In this document: positions 50,481 through 59,213 of the stretch, piece by piece
Layout of the letters: each line of letters opens with the position of its first letter
Position numbering within the stretch: position 1 is the first letter of the stretch
Source of the DNA: a bacterium
GTDB lineage: Bacteria; Chlamydiota; Chlamydiia; Chlamydiales; SM23-39
Assembly: GCA_021780355.1 (NCBI GenBank)
Contig: JAJXYX010000097.1
Coordinates: forward strand, 1,594-65,593
Reading direction: 5' to 3'
Length of the DNA: 64,000 nucleotides
The notes under the pieces: generated by a model
Seen by the model: only the letters and a program-made list of their open reading frames with translations
What the model was told of the DNA's origin: nothing
The model's database searches: none
Position numbers and translations under genes: made by a program

Positions 50481-52586
50481 CTAGCGGTGAGCTGCTTGTT
50501 CGAGGACGGCTCGGTGGCTTAGTTTGATTTGGCCTCTATCGTTGATGTCGAGTACTTTGACTTCGATAGAATCTCCGTCGCGGAAAGGGGCATCTTGGAT
50601 CGTGGCTAGCCGTTTTGTAGAGATTTCGGAGATGTGGCAGAGGCCCTCTTTTCCAAAGATTTCTACGAAGAAGCCGAAGGCTACTGTCGAGACGATGCGG
50701 CCTGTGTAGATTTTTCCGATCTCGAGTTCAGCTGTGAGGTTAAAAATGATTTTTTTGGCTTTTTCCATGGCTACAGCGTCTGTCGAGGCGATGCTGACGA
50801 GGCCTTCGTCGTTGATGTCGATCTGAACGCCGGTCTCTTCGATGATCGCGCGGATCTGTTTGCCGCCGGGGCCGATAACGACGCCGATCTTGCTTGGTTT
50901 GATCTGCATGGTTTCGATGCGAGGCGCATAGATCGACATCTCTTGCTTTGCTTGAGGGCAAACGGCCAGCATCTTTTGGAGGATGTGGGCTCTGCCTTCT
51001 TTGGCTTGATGGAGCGCTTGGGTCATGACGGCGTGCGTGATGCCCTCGACTTTGATGTCCATTTGAAAAGCTGTGATGCCGCGATCGTCGCCTGTGACTT
51101 TAAAATCCATGTCGCCGAGCGCATCTTCAGCTCCGAGGATGTCGGAGAGGATCGCGTGGCGGTCGCCTTCGAGGATGAGACCCATGGCGATCCCTGCGAC
51201 AGGTCGCGTGATGGGGACGCCGGCGTCCATGAGGGCAAGACAGCCGCCGCATACGGAAGCCATGGAGGAGGAGCCGTTGGACTCTGTGATGTTGGATTCG
51301 ATGCGGATGACGTAGGGGAAGGTCTCTTTTTTAGGCAAGATAGCGCTCAGTGCTCTTTCAGCGAGTTTGCCGTGCCCGACTTCGCGCCGACCTGGAGCTC
51401 CGATCCGTCCTACTTCGCCGACTGAGAAAGGTGGGAAGAAGTACTGGAGGTAAAAGCGGGCAGCCCCTTCTCCGTGCAGATCTTCAAAACGCTGCGCTGT
51501 GTTCTCTCCGCCGAGCGTGCAGACGGCAATCGCTTGCGTCTCGCCGCGGGTAAAAAGAGAGCTGCCGTGCGTGCGGGGAAGCAGGCTTTGCTCGATGTGG
51601 ATGGGGCGGATGTCTTTTAAGCCGCGTCCGTCGATCCTTTTGTGCGTATCGAGAATCATGTTGCGCATGAGAGTCGATTGCAGCTGTTTGAAGGCTAGAA
51701 GAATGTTGGTTTTCAGATCTTTTGATTCGCTATTTTCTGCAGTAAGAGTGGCTAACACGGTTTGCAGAATTTCAGCGATTGTCGCTTCTCTTTCGCTTTT
51801 AGAAGCGATGCGGAGAGCGGACGATAAAAGATCGTTCGCAGATGCGCGGACAGCATGTTGGATCTGTTCAGGAATTTTGCGCAGAGTGTCATTTTTCTTA
51901 GGCTTGCCGATCTCTTTTTGCCATTGGCTTAGGTGATGGCAAATCGTTTGGATGGCTTTATGTCCTGTTTCGATCGCTTCGATCACCTGCTCTTCTGTAA
52001 GGAAATCGCAGAATCCTTCGATCATCAAAATCGCATCTTCTGTTCCAGCTAGAACGAGATCGAGTTTGGATTGCTTCATCTCTTCGGCAGTCGGATTGAT
52101 GACGAATTGACCCTCGATCAAACCTACTCGGACAGCGCCGATGGGCTTGATGAGAGGAATTTCAGAGATGGTGAGAGCTGCCGAGGCGGCGCAAATGGCC
52201 AATACGTCGGGCATGTGGAGCGCGTCATAGGAGAGAACATAAGCTAGGACTTGGACTTCATTGTAGTAGCCTTCTTCAAACATAGGGCGAAGAGGGCGGT
52301 CGATGAGGCGGCTTGTGAGGATTTCTCTCTCTGCAGGTCTGCCTTCTCGTTTGATGAAGCCGCTAGCTGTTCTGCCAACGGAAGAAAATCTTTCTTGATA
52401 ATCGACGCGGAGAGGAAAAAAGTCGACCCCTTCCGCAGGAGCTGCAGCAGCGCAAGCGGTAGCAAGTACAGCTGTTTCTTCGCAGCGCAAAAGGACAGAG
52501 CCTCCGGCTTGACGGGCAATTTTTCCAGTTTCTAAGTGAAGGGTCTTTTTTCCGACAGGGATGGACAGTGTGTGTTGTTTTAACAT
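50481..52586 (-). CDS. pnp: Polyribonucleotide nucleotidyltransferase (PNPase)
   Basis: 701 aa with two RNase PH domains, a KH domain (IGPGGKQIRAIIEETG) and a C-terminal S1 domain (GKIYTGRIVSTVAFGFFVEI). Confidence 0.95.
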   Translation of the reverse strand: MLKQHTLSIPVGKKTLHLETGKIARQAGGSVLLRCEETAVLATACAAAAPAEGVDFFPLRVDYQERFSSVGRTASGFIKREGRPAEREILTSRLIDRPLRPMFEEGYYNEVQVLAYVLSYDALHMPDVLAICAASAALTISEIPLIKPIGAVRVGLIEGQFVINPTAEEMKQSKLDLVLAGTEDAILMIEGFCDFLTEEQVIEAIETGHKAIQTICHHLSQWQKEIGKPKKNDTLRKIPEQIQHAVRASANDLLSSALRIASKSEREATIAEILQTVLATLTAENSESKDLKTNILLAFKQLQSTLMRNMILDTHKRIDGRGLKDIRPIHIEQSLLPRTHGSSLFTRGETQAIAVCTLGGENTAQRFEDLHGEGAARFYLQYFFPPFSVGEVGRIGAPGRREVGHGKLAERALSAILPKKETFPYVIRIESNITESNGSSSMASVCGGCLALMDAGVPITRPVAGIAMGLILEGDRHAILSDILGAEDALGDMDFKVTGDDRGITAFQMDIKVEGITHAVMTQALHQAKEGRAHILQKMLAVCPQAKQEMSIYAPRIETMQIKPSKIGVVIGPGGKQIRAIIEETGVQIDINDEGLVSIASTDAVAMEKAKKIIFNLTAELEIGKIYTGRIVSTVAFGFFVEIFGKEGLCHISEISTKRLATIQDAPFRDGDSIEVKVLDINDRGQIKLSHRAVLEQAAHR

Positions 52587-52618
52587 AGATAGTATTCTCC
52601 TATAGAGTGTGATGTAGG

Positions 52619-52757
52619 CCAGGAGGAGAATCGGATGGGAATAGAAATCAGAAAGAAAACTTCGAGATTCGAAGGCTTATTTCTGTTCTCTATTGCTTCC
52701 GATCTCCTGTGGTTGATATTATGGATTCGCTCCTTCCGATAGAGATCTGAAGGAGCG
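52619..52757 (-). promoter_or_regulatory. Structured rpsO-pnp intergenic leader (long imperfect stem-loop plus a 9-bp hairpin after rpsO)
   Basis: AGGAGAATCGGATGGGAATAGAAATCAGAAA pairs imperfectly with TTTCTGTTCTCTATTGCTTCCGATCTCCT around the apex CTTCGA-GAT-TCGAAG (52619-52712). A separate hairpin CGCTCCTTC-N12-GAAGGAGCG lies at 52728-52757, 15 nt after the rpsO stop, with no U-tract. Confidence 0.5.
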
Positions 52758-52771
52758 CATTAGTAAAAACT

Positions 52772-53041
52772 TTATTTTCTCAAGTTCAAGCGAACGATAA
52801 GGTTTTGATACCTCTTCGTATCTGTGGAATTGAGATAATCGAGAAGTTTTCTTCTTTGCCCAACGAGTTTTAAGAGGGCAAGGCGAGAGCTGTTGTCTTT
52901 TGGAGCTAGTTTGAGGTGCTCTGTGAGCTCAGCAATTCTTTCAGTTAAAATAGCGATTTGGACGTCGGCCGAACCGGTATCTTTTTCGTGTAGTTGAAAT
53001 TTTTTAGTAATTTCTTCCTTAGTACCTTTATCTAAAGACAT
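52772..53041 (-). CDS. rpsO: 30S ribosomal protein S15
   Basis: 89 aa. [24 protein letters not shown]...[22 protein letters not shown]. Confidence 0.95.
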   Translation of the reverse strand: MSLDKGTKEEITKKFQLHEKDTGSADVQIAILTERIAELTEHLKLAPKDNSSRLALLKLVGQRRKLLDYLNSTDTKRYQNLIVRLNLRK

Positions 53042-53200
53042 GGAGGACGTTCTCCTGATTCAAGGGTTAGTTCGCAAGTTTTTGACATATCATACACGTA
53101 TTGTAGCTGATTTTCTCAATCTAAGCAAGAGTCTTAAAGACGCCGTTGCATTTTGCTTGCCTCGGTGCTATGCTTTTCTTAGCAACAAGCAGGTGGTTTT

Positions 53201-53848
53201 GTGGAAAATAAATTTGAATTGTTACGCCCTTGGGTGAATGATATTTTAACTTCTATTAAAAAAGATATTAAAACGGATTATTTAATAGGCGATAAGGTTT
53301 TTTATAAAAAACATTTTGGAAATCGCCCGTTAAATCGTTTACATACGGAAGAAATTTTTGGAGCTTTTGAAAAAGAACTTCTTGAAGGCCATGAGTCGCT
53401 CACAGAATGGGTGGTGAACCATTGGGTGTTCAAGCATGGCGATCTCTATGCTCATTTCGCCGAATGCCTCAGTGAAATTCGTCCCGATTTCAACGAACTA
53501 ACAGAGTTGACAGAAGCGGAAAGCGACCAGGTATTGAGAGGAACAGAGTCGTTTGGAGCGGTGGATCTTTATCTATTTTCCGTTCTGAATGGAGTCGTTT
53601 TCCCTCCTTCGATCTTTGAAGCTCTTCGCTCGACTGCTTTAGAGGCAAAACAGTTAGAAGAGGCTAATGCAGCATCCGAGTTGAACCAAGAAGCGTTGCA
53701 GCAAATCATTGAACGTCAGCAAAGAGAGCTTTCGCGCTTGCAGGAAAAATATGAGAGTAAAGTCTCCGGGGTTCTTCGCAAGTACCAAGTCGATACCGAA
53801 GCCTTGAAAAAACAAATTCGAGCCCTTCAAAAACAATTGCAAGCATGA
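53201..53848 (+). CDS. Conserved-looking hypothetical protein with C-terminal coiled coil
   Basis: 215 aa with a GTG start and AGGTGG RBS 4 nt upstream. The C-terminal third is heptad-rich (QQIIERQQRELSRLQEKYESK...LKKQIRALQKQLQA). It overlaps the tadA start by 4 nt. Confidence 0.6.
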   Translation: MENKFELLRPWVNDILTSIKKDIKTDYLIGDKVFYKKHFGNRPLNRLHTEEIFGAFEKELLEGHESLTEWVVNHWVFKHGDLYAHFAECLSEIRPDFNELTELTEAESDQVLRGTESFGAVDLYLFSVLNGVVFPPSIFEALRSTALEAKQLEEANAASELNQEALQQIIERQQRELSRLQEKYESKVSGVLRKYQVDTEALKKQIRALQKQLQA

Positions 53849-54330
53849 ACGATCCTTTTCTTCGAGATGTTCAATTTATGAAAGAAGCCTTGAAAGAGGC
53901 TTTGAAAGCCTATGAAAAAGATGAGGTCCCTGTCGGCGCTGTCTTGGTTTTTGAAAATCGGATCATAGCGAGAGGGCACAATCAAACGGAGCTTTTGCAA
54001 GATGCGACGGCTCATGCAGAAATGCTCTGTTTGACTGCCGGAGCCTCCCAGCGTAATAATTGGCGGCTAACGGACACGACTCTCTATTGTACGCTAGAGC
54101 CTTGCTGCATGTGCGCTGGAGCTTTGCTCTCTTCTCGAGTAAAAAGGCTTGTCTGGGGAGCCAAAGACCTTCGAGTCGGCGCCAATGGCAGTTGGATTGA
54201 TGTCTTTTCTCAAAAACATCCCATGCATGAAATCGAAATCCTTTCCGGCGTCTTAGAAGAAGAATCGGCGGCTCTTTTGAAGAAATTTTTCCAGCAAAAA
54301 CGAAAAAAGGCCATCCTCCATGAATGTTGA
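53845..54330 (+). CDS. tadA: tRNA adenosine(34) deaminase
   Basis: 161 aa with the CDA zinc motifs HAEMLCL and PCCMCAGAL. Confidence 0.9.
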   Translation: MNDPFLRDVQFMKEALKEALKAYEKDEVPVGAVLVFENRIIARGHNQTELLQDATAHAEMLCLTAGASQRNNWRLTDTTLYCTLEPCCMCAGALLSSRVKRLVWGAKDLRVGANGSWIDVFSQKHPMHEIEILSGVLEEESAALLKKFFQQKRKKAILHEC

Positions 54331-54556
54331 AGTGCAGCTTTTGCAAGAACTCATTGAAGGGCAAAGAAAAAAAATGCTGGCGTCAGCTCAGCGTATAGTG
54401 CCCCACGTAACACTCGACGATCTGTTGCAGCCCAATGACTTTCCTGAGCTAGAGCTGCATCCCCATTTTCGCTATGAAGAGGGAATTTTAGACGGTCTCC
54501 AGGTAGCCTACACAGCTCTTTTAGCTCATCAGCAAGATAGAAAAGTTGACTCTTGA
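54320..54556 (+). CDS. Small hypothetical protein (78 aa)
   Basis: The ORF overlaps the tadA end by 11 nt, consistent with translational coupling. No motif recognised. Confidence 0.45.
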   Translation: MNVEVQLLQELIEGQRKKMLASAQRIVPHVTLDDLLQPNDFPELELHPHFRYEEGILDGLQVAYTALLAHQQDRKVDS

Positions 54557-54560
54557 ATCG

Positions 54561-54702
54561 CCAAATGAAGGGCTCCGCCCTTAGACCCGCCAAAGGGCTG
54601 TCGCCCTCTGGACTCCCATTTGTTTTTATATAGATAAATAAAAGGGGTTCCAAGGGGACTTTGTCCCCTTGGCGGGTCGAAGGGCGGAGCCCTTCATTTG
54701 GG
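54561..54702. repeat. Family-2 composite-hairpin element, complete subtype-c copy (142 bp)
   Basis: CCAAATGAAGGGCTCCGCCCTTAGACCCGCCAAAGGGCTGTCGCCCTCTGGACTCCC-ATTTGTTTTTATATAGATAAATAAAA-GGGGTTCCAAGGGGACTTTGTCCCCTTGGCGGGTCGAAGGGCGGAGCCCTTCATTTGG. Confidence 0.9.
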
Positions 54703-54867
54703 CAGCTTTGTTTGACATGTTCTTAAGAAAAAATCTTTCGCCTCTTAATCAGCCATTAACGTATAATGCACTCTAAAAAACTCGATGGTTTGAGTTTTTA
54801 GTGAGAAAAATGAATGATGCCAGCCGTGATAAGTGTGACATTTGATTTCGGCTGAGACAAAGGAGTA

Positions 54868-55482
54868 ATGAAGATGAAAGTAGCTGATGTTTGCAAGGAA
54901 TTTTTTACGGGTTTTAAGGATTTGCATGTCTCATTTCAAAATGATGATTCTAAATCGTTCGTCTCTGGAGCGTTAAAAGTTTGCGCTTATTGCACATGCA
55001 TTATTCCTGCGATAGTCGCTTTGACTTATGGCGCGGATGTCTTAATTCGGCATTATCATTTAGATCAGCAAGCAGCAGATATGGGGCGAAAAGTTTCTTC
55101 TGCCGCATGTTCAGTTTTTCAACAAGCTGGCAAGACAATAGAAGAGAAATCTGGGGCTCTGCGCAGAGAAGCTTTTGTTTTTGCCAAAGCAAGATATGAA
55201 GATATCATTCATTTTAAAGACGAGTTGGTAGGGAATCGGAATTCTCCAAGAAATTCCCGGACTTTAGAAGAGCGGGCAGCTGATTGGGTAGCTCAGTATG
55301 GTGCTGACTATCAAAACGAGCGTTTGGCGTATATTTTGGAAGTTTTAGAAAGTCCTCAATATCAAACAAATAAAAGAGAGTATGTGCGCCAATGGATGGA
55401 CAGAAGAGGACCTCTTGATTTTTTCCGTCACGTAGAAGATGTTGCGCTAAGGTTCTTTAAAAATGAACACGGAATTCGTTAG
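54868..55482 (+). CDS. Membrane-anchored hypothetical protein, paralog A of a tandem pair
   Basis: 204 aa with AAGGAG RBS and one hydrophobic segment (FVSGALKVCAYCTCIIPAIVALTYGADVLI). The C-terminal domain ERLAYILEVLESPQYQTNKREYVRQWMDRRGPLDFFRHVEDVALRFF is shared with the next gene. Confidence 0.6.
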   Translation: MKMKVADVCKEFFTGFKDLHVSFQNDDSKSFVSGALKVCAYCTCIIPAIVALTYGADVLIRHYHLDQQAADMGRKVSSAACSVFQQAGKTIEEKSGALRREAFVFAKARYEDIIHFKDELVGNRNSPRNSRTLEERAADWVAQYGADYQNERLAYILEVLESPQYQTNKREYVRQWMDRRGPLDFFRHVEDVALRFFKNEHGIR

Positions 55483-55513
55483 TTCTCGAATTGAATGAAA
55501 AGGAGATCGTCAG

Positions 55514-55960
55514 ATGCGAATGCAAAGAGAAGTAAACTCATGGTTTGGTAAATGCAAAGGCTTGGGGAAATTTCGGAAAATCTCTTCTGAAATGAGTTTT
55601 TTTGGGGGTGTTTTCCTGTGTCTAGTTTGTTGTTCAGCTGCACTTCCTTGCCTTGCTGACTTCTTTTCTCTTCACAGTTCTTTTATACAGAGAGAAGAGT
55701 TGGTCCAGAAGTTGAAAGAAAAAGCTTTCGCTTTTGTAGAGACCGATCCCTCTGAATATAGAGAGGATAGGCTCGCTTATATTCTGGATGTGATCGATAC
55801 CCCAAGATTTCAAGAGAATCCAAGGCAATTTATTCTCGATTGGATCGACCAAAGAGGGCTTACGAAAGAATATCGTTTTGTGGAAGATGCCGCTTTGAGT
55901 TTTTTTAGATTGGAGTTTGATATCGATGCTTGGCCAAACGAGCTCGATTGCAGCTTGTAG
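55514..55960 (+). CDS. Membrane-anchored hypothetical protein, paralog B of a tandem pair
   Basis: 148 aa with AAGGAG RBS and a hydrophobic segment MSFFGGVFLCLVCCSAALPCLADFF. The C-terminal domain DRLAYILDVIDTPRFQENPRQFILDWIDQRGLTKEYRFVEDAALSFF is shared with the previous gene. Confidence 0.6.
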   Translation: MRMQREVNSWFGKCKGLGKFRKISSEMSFFGGVFLCLVCCSAALPCLADFFSLHSSFIQREELVQKLKEKAFAFVETDPSEYREDRLAYILDVIDTPRFQENPRQFILDWIDQRGLTKEYRFVEDAALSFFRLEFDIDAWPNELDCSL

Positions 55961-55963
55961 CTT

Positions 55964-56839
55964 CTACTTTTTCTTGCGCTGTGAAATTTGCTCCATGCGT
56001 CTTTTGTCTTCGGGAGAGATCGACTCTTCCCCGTAAAGGGAAATGCGCGTCAGCATGGCATCCATAAATTGCTCGTCATCTAAGACCGGTCTTCCTGAGC
56101 GGATATCGTAGATTTTACTCGAACGGTAGGTCTGCGGAGTTTTTTGCGGCCAGCGTTTCAGGCGGCTGCTGAAGCGAATGAACGCTTTTTCAAAGCGGTG
56201 GAGAAAAGAAAAAGGGCTAAGCATTTGACACGCGGCGAGGGTGAAAAAATAAGTATAGGCGAGGGCTGCTGCAAGCGCTGCGGCCGATGGCCAGTCTCCG
56301 TGGGACAAATCAATCAGTAGGCTGATGCCGAGAAATACGTAGAGCGCGCGGCAGGCGTTCAAAGGGATGGCAAAGAAAAGGAAAACAGTCGCGTTCGCGT
56401 TGAGAAGCGTCCATGCGAAAAGACATGCGTAGAGGGGAGGCGCTGAATTGATGAACAGTCGAGGCGAGTTAAGAGCAGAAAGAAGTCTCGAGGCAGTTAA
56501 GCCGCCGACAAGAGCTGCTCCTAAAAAAATGGCGAGAAAGCGGGGTAAGCCTAGTCTATCGATTAAGGAGCGTCCGAAAATCCATAAAACATAAAGAGAA
56601 AATGCGAGCTGAATGATGAGAGCGAAAGAGAGGCCTCCGCTCGAAGGTTCAAATAAACCATAAGAGATCCATTGCCAGAAATAGAAACGGTCGATTCCTT
56701 CTTGTGAAAGGGCTAGAAAAGGGGTGAACTGAGGGAAGAAGGCCGGCCCTAAGGTGAAAGTTGTCATGAGAGCTAAAAAAAATTTTAGCCGCTTGGGGGT
56801 GTCTGTTGGACTCATTTGCTGGTAAAATGGATTAGACAT
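55964..56839 (-). CDS. Polytopic membrane protein, divergent rhomboid-like
   Basis: 291 aa with about six TM segments. The layout recalls rhomboids (FWQWISYGLF for WRxxT..F.H, FGRSLIDRLG, INSAPPLYA at the GxSG position, DLSHGDW at the His position). The glycines around the putative Ser are missing. Low-confidence family call. Confidence 0.4.
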   Translation of the reverse strand: MSNPFYQQMSPTDTPKRLKFFLALMTTFTLGPAFFPQFTPFLALSQEGIDRFYFWQWISYGLFEPSSGGLSFALIIQLAFSLYVLWIFGRSLIDRLGLPRFLAIFLGAALVGGLTASRLLSALNSPRLFINSAPPLYACLFAWTLLNANATVFLFFAIPLNACRALYVFLGISLLIDLSHGDWPSAAALAAALAYTYFFTLAACQMLSPFSFLHRFEKAFIRFSSRLKRWPQKTPQTYRSSKIYDIRSGRPVLDDEQFMDAMLTRISLYGEESISPEDKRRMEQISQRKKK

Positions 56840-56939
56840 ATTTCGTTTATAGCATAAGGGGTGATAAAATTCTTGTGTTTTTGCTTAGCATCAGATATGT
56901 TTGATGGGAAATTATTCTAAGAAAACAAGGTTTGTTCCC

Positions 56940-57260
56940 ATGAAAGATGACACTCATCCTCAATATCAAGAAGTTCTTTTTGAAGATTCCGCAACCGGCA
57001 CGAAATTTTTGATTGGCAGCACTTTGCAGCCTAAAGAAAAAGGTTTGTTTGAAGGAAAAGAATATCCTTTATTCCGCGTTCCTGTCTCTTCGGCTTCCCA
57101 CCCTTTCTTCACAAAGGCCAATCAGTTTATCGACTCTGAAGGGCGAGTGGATAAATTTACGAAAAAATATCAGAGAAATTCTGAGCAAGTAAAGAAAGCT
57201 CAAGAAAAGCAAGAAGAAGTCAAAAAAGAAGCTTTAAAAAGTTCGAAAAAGAAAAAATAA
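56940..57260 (+). CDS. rpmE: 50S ribosomal protein L31, type B (no zinc-binding cysteines) with Lys-rich tail
   Basis: MKDDTHPQYQEVLFEDSATGTKFLIGST...HPFFTKANQFIDSEGRVDKFTKKY. The start is set at ATG 56940 rather than the track start 56901. Confidence 0.85.
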   Translation: MKDDTHPQYQEVLFEDSATGTKFLIGSTLQPKEKGLFEGKEYPLFRVPVSSASHPFFTKANQFIDSEGRVDKFTKKYQRNSEQVKKAQEKQEEVKKEALKSSKKKK

Positions 57261-57266
57261 TCTTCT

Positions 57267-58331
57267 ATGGAAGCTAAGGTTCAGCAACTGCTGAAGCGTC
57301 TTCATGAAGTGGAAGGCCTTCTCGGTCAGCCAGATATTTTTTCTGATCAAAAAGCTTATCGCCAGTTAGCTCAAGAGCACTCCCAGCTATCTCAACTCAA
57401 AGAGATCTGGGATCGCCTTGAGAAAATTGAAAGGCAGCTGCAGGATAATCAAGCCTTGCTCTCATCAGAGCAAGACCTTGAAATGGCTCAGCTCCTGCGC
57501 GATGAGATTGATCAGCTGGAAAAGGAGAGGGTGGTTTGCCAAAAAGAGGTAGAAATCCTCTTGGTTCCTCCAGATCCTCGCGACAGCAGAAACATCATTA
57601 TGGAACTTCGCGCCGGCACAGGCGGAGATGAAGCGGCTCTTTTCGTTGCCGATTGCGTCCGTATGTATCGAAACTATGCGGATAGCAAAGGTTGGAAATA
57701 CGAGGTGCTCTCTACATCTGCTTCGGAGGTGGGTGGGTATAAAGAATATATTTTATCTTTTTCAGGAACGAATGTCTTTCGTTTGATGCAGTACGAAGCA
57801 GGTACGCACCGCGTGCAGAGAGTTCCTGAGACAGAGACGCAAGGGCGCGTGCATACTTCCGCGATTACTGTGGCCGTCTTGCTAGAACCGACAGAAGATG
57901 ATGAAATTCGCATCGAAGAAAAAGATCTTCGAATCGAAACTTACCGCGCTTCGGGAGCTGGAGGCCAGCACGTCAATACGACCGATTCGGCGGTTCGGAT
58001 CGTGCACATTCCCACGGGAACTGTCGTTACTTGCCAAGACGAGCGAAGTCAGCATAAAAACCGCGATAAAGCGATGAGGCTTCTTTCTGCTCGAATTTCT
58101 GAAGAGCAGCGGCGTAAAGCTCATAAAGAGATGTCGGATACTCGTTCGGAACAGGTCGGCTCCGGCGATCGCTCTGAGAGGATCCGCACCTATAATTTCC
58201 CTCAAAATCGGGTGACCGATCATCGAATCAACCTGACTCTCTATAAACTAGATCGAGTCATGGAGGGTGATTTGGACGATTTGACTGTGGCTTTAGTCAA
58301 TCATTTTTATCAAGAGAAGCTGCAGTCGTGA
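57267..58331 (+). CDS. prfA: Peptide chain release factor 1
   Basis: 354 aa with the GGQ motif in [16 protein letters not shown] and a PxT-type recognition loop ([13 protein letters not shown]). Confidence 0.95.
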   Translation: MEAKVQQLLKRLHEVEGLLGQPDIFSDQKAYRQLAQEHSQLSQLKEIWDRLEKIERQLQDNQALLSSEQDLEMAQLLRDEIDQLEKERVVCQKEVEILLVPPDPRDSRNIIMELRAGTGGDEAALFVADCVRMYRNYADSKGWKYEVLSTSASEVGGYKEYILSFSGTNVFRLMQYEAGTHRVQRVPETETQGRVHTSAITVAVLLEPTEDDEIRIEEKDLRIETYRASGAGGQHVNTTDSAVRIVHIPTGTVVTCQDERSQHKNRDKAMRLLSARISEEQRRKAHKEMSDTRSEQVGSGDRSERIRTYNFPQNRVTDHRINLTLYKLDRVMEGDLDDLTVALVNHFYQEKLQS

Positions 58332-59176
58332 AAACGGTCGGAGAGCTTCTTTCCTTATCGACTGCTTTTTTGTTAGAGAAGGGAGTTTCTCAGCCTAGAC
58401 GCGATGTGGAAGAGCTTTTGTCTCGCGCTCTGCGCCTTCAAAGGCTCGATCTTTACTTGCAGTTTGATCGTCCTGTGGAAGAAAAAGAGCTTACTCTTTT
58501 TCGAGAATGGATCAAAAGAAAGGCTCGTTTAGAACCTGTAGAATATATTGTAGGCCAAACAGATTTTTACCATTGTACCATCCGCGTAAACCAAGCGACT
58601 TTGATTCCTAGGCCCGAAACAGAAATTTTAGTGGATTTGATCAGTAAAAAACTTCAAAACGGGGGGCTTCAGGGCAAGGTGCTTTGGGATCTTTGCTGCG
58701 GTTCAGGTTGCATAGGAATCGCTTTAAAAAAGGCTTTGCCTAAGCTTCGTGTCATTTTATCCGATCTTTCGCCAGATGCTCTGGCGATCGCTGCTGAAAA
58801 TGCACGGCTCAATGGAGTCGAAGTGGAGTTTAGACAAGGAGATCTTTTAACTCCTTTTGCGGGGGAAAAAGCCGATTATATTACGTGCAATCCTCCTTAT
58901 ATTTCAGAAAAGGAGTATAGGGCGTTGGACTTATCGGTTGCAGCCTATGAACCTAAAACCGCATTAGTGGGTGGGGAAACGGGACGAGAATTTTATGAGA
59001 GGCTATCCTCGGAGCTTTTTCCTCATTTGCAAGATGGCGCCCAGGTGTTTTTTGAGATAGGATCTACCCAGGGGGGGGAGCTGAAAAAAATATTTTCTAT
59101 GCATTCTTGGGCTCGATTTACCATAAATCAGGACTGGTCTGGATTAGATCGTTTCTTTTTCCTTGAAAAGCAATGA
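58328..59176 (+). CDS. prmC: Release-factor glutamine N5-methyltransferase (HemK)
   Basis: 282 aa. SAM motif [13 protein letters not shown], catalytic NPPY in ITCNPPYIS. It overlaps prfA by 4 nt. Confidence 0.9.
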   Translation: MKTVGELLSLSTAFLLEKGVSQPRRDVEELLSRALRLQRLDLYLQFDRPVEEKELTLFREWIKRKARLEPVEYIVGQTDFYHCTIRVNQATLIPRPETEILVDLISKKLQNGGLQGKVLWDLCCGSGCIGIALKKALPKLRVILSDLSPDALAIAAENARLNGVEVEFRQGDLLTPFAGEKADYITCNPPYISEKEYRALDLSVAAYEPKTALVGGETGREFYERLSSELFPHLQDGAQVFFEIGSTQGGELKKIFSMHSWARFTINQDWSGLDRFFFLEKQ

Positions 59177-59213
59177 AATTCTCGAGTATCCTTAGTGCAT
59201 AATTTGGAGTTTT

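Noticed and set aside
50634-51425. 263-aa plus-strand ORF (and several shorter ones) inside the pnp region
   Set aside because: It is entirely antisense to a full-length, motif-rich PNPase gene. Its translation is D/A/G/R-rich low-complexity sequence typical of shadow ORFs, and there is no RBS.
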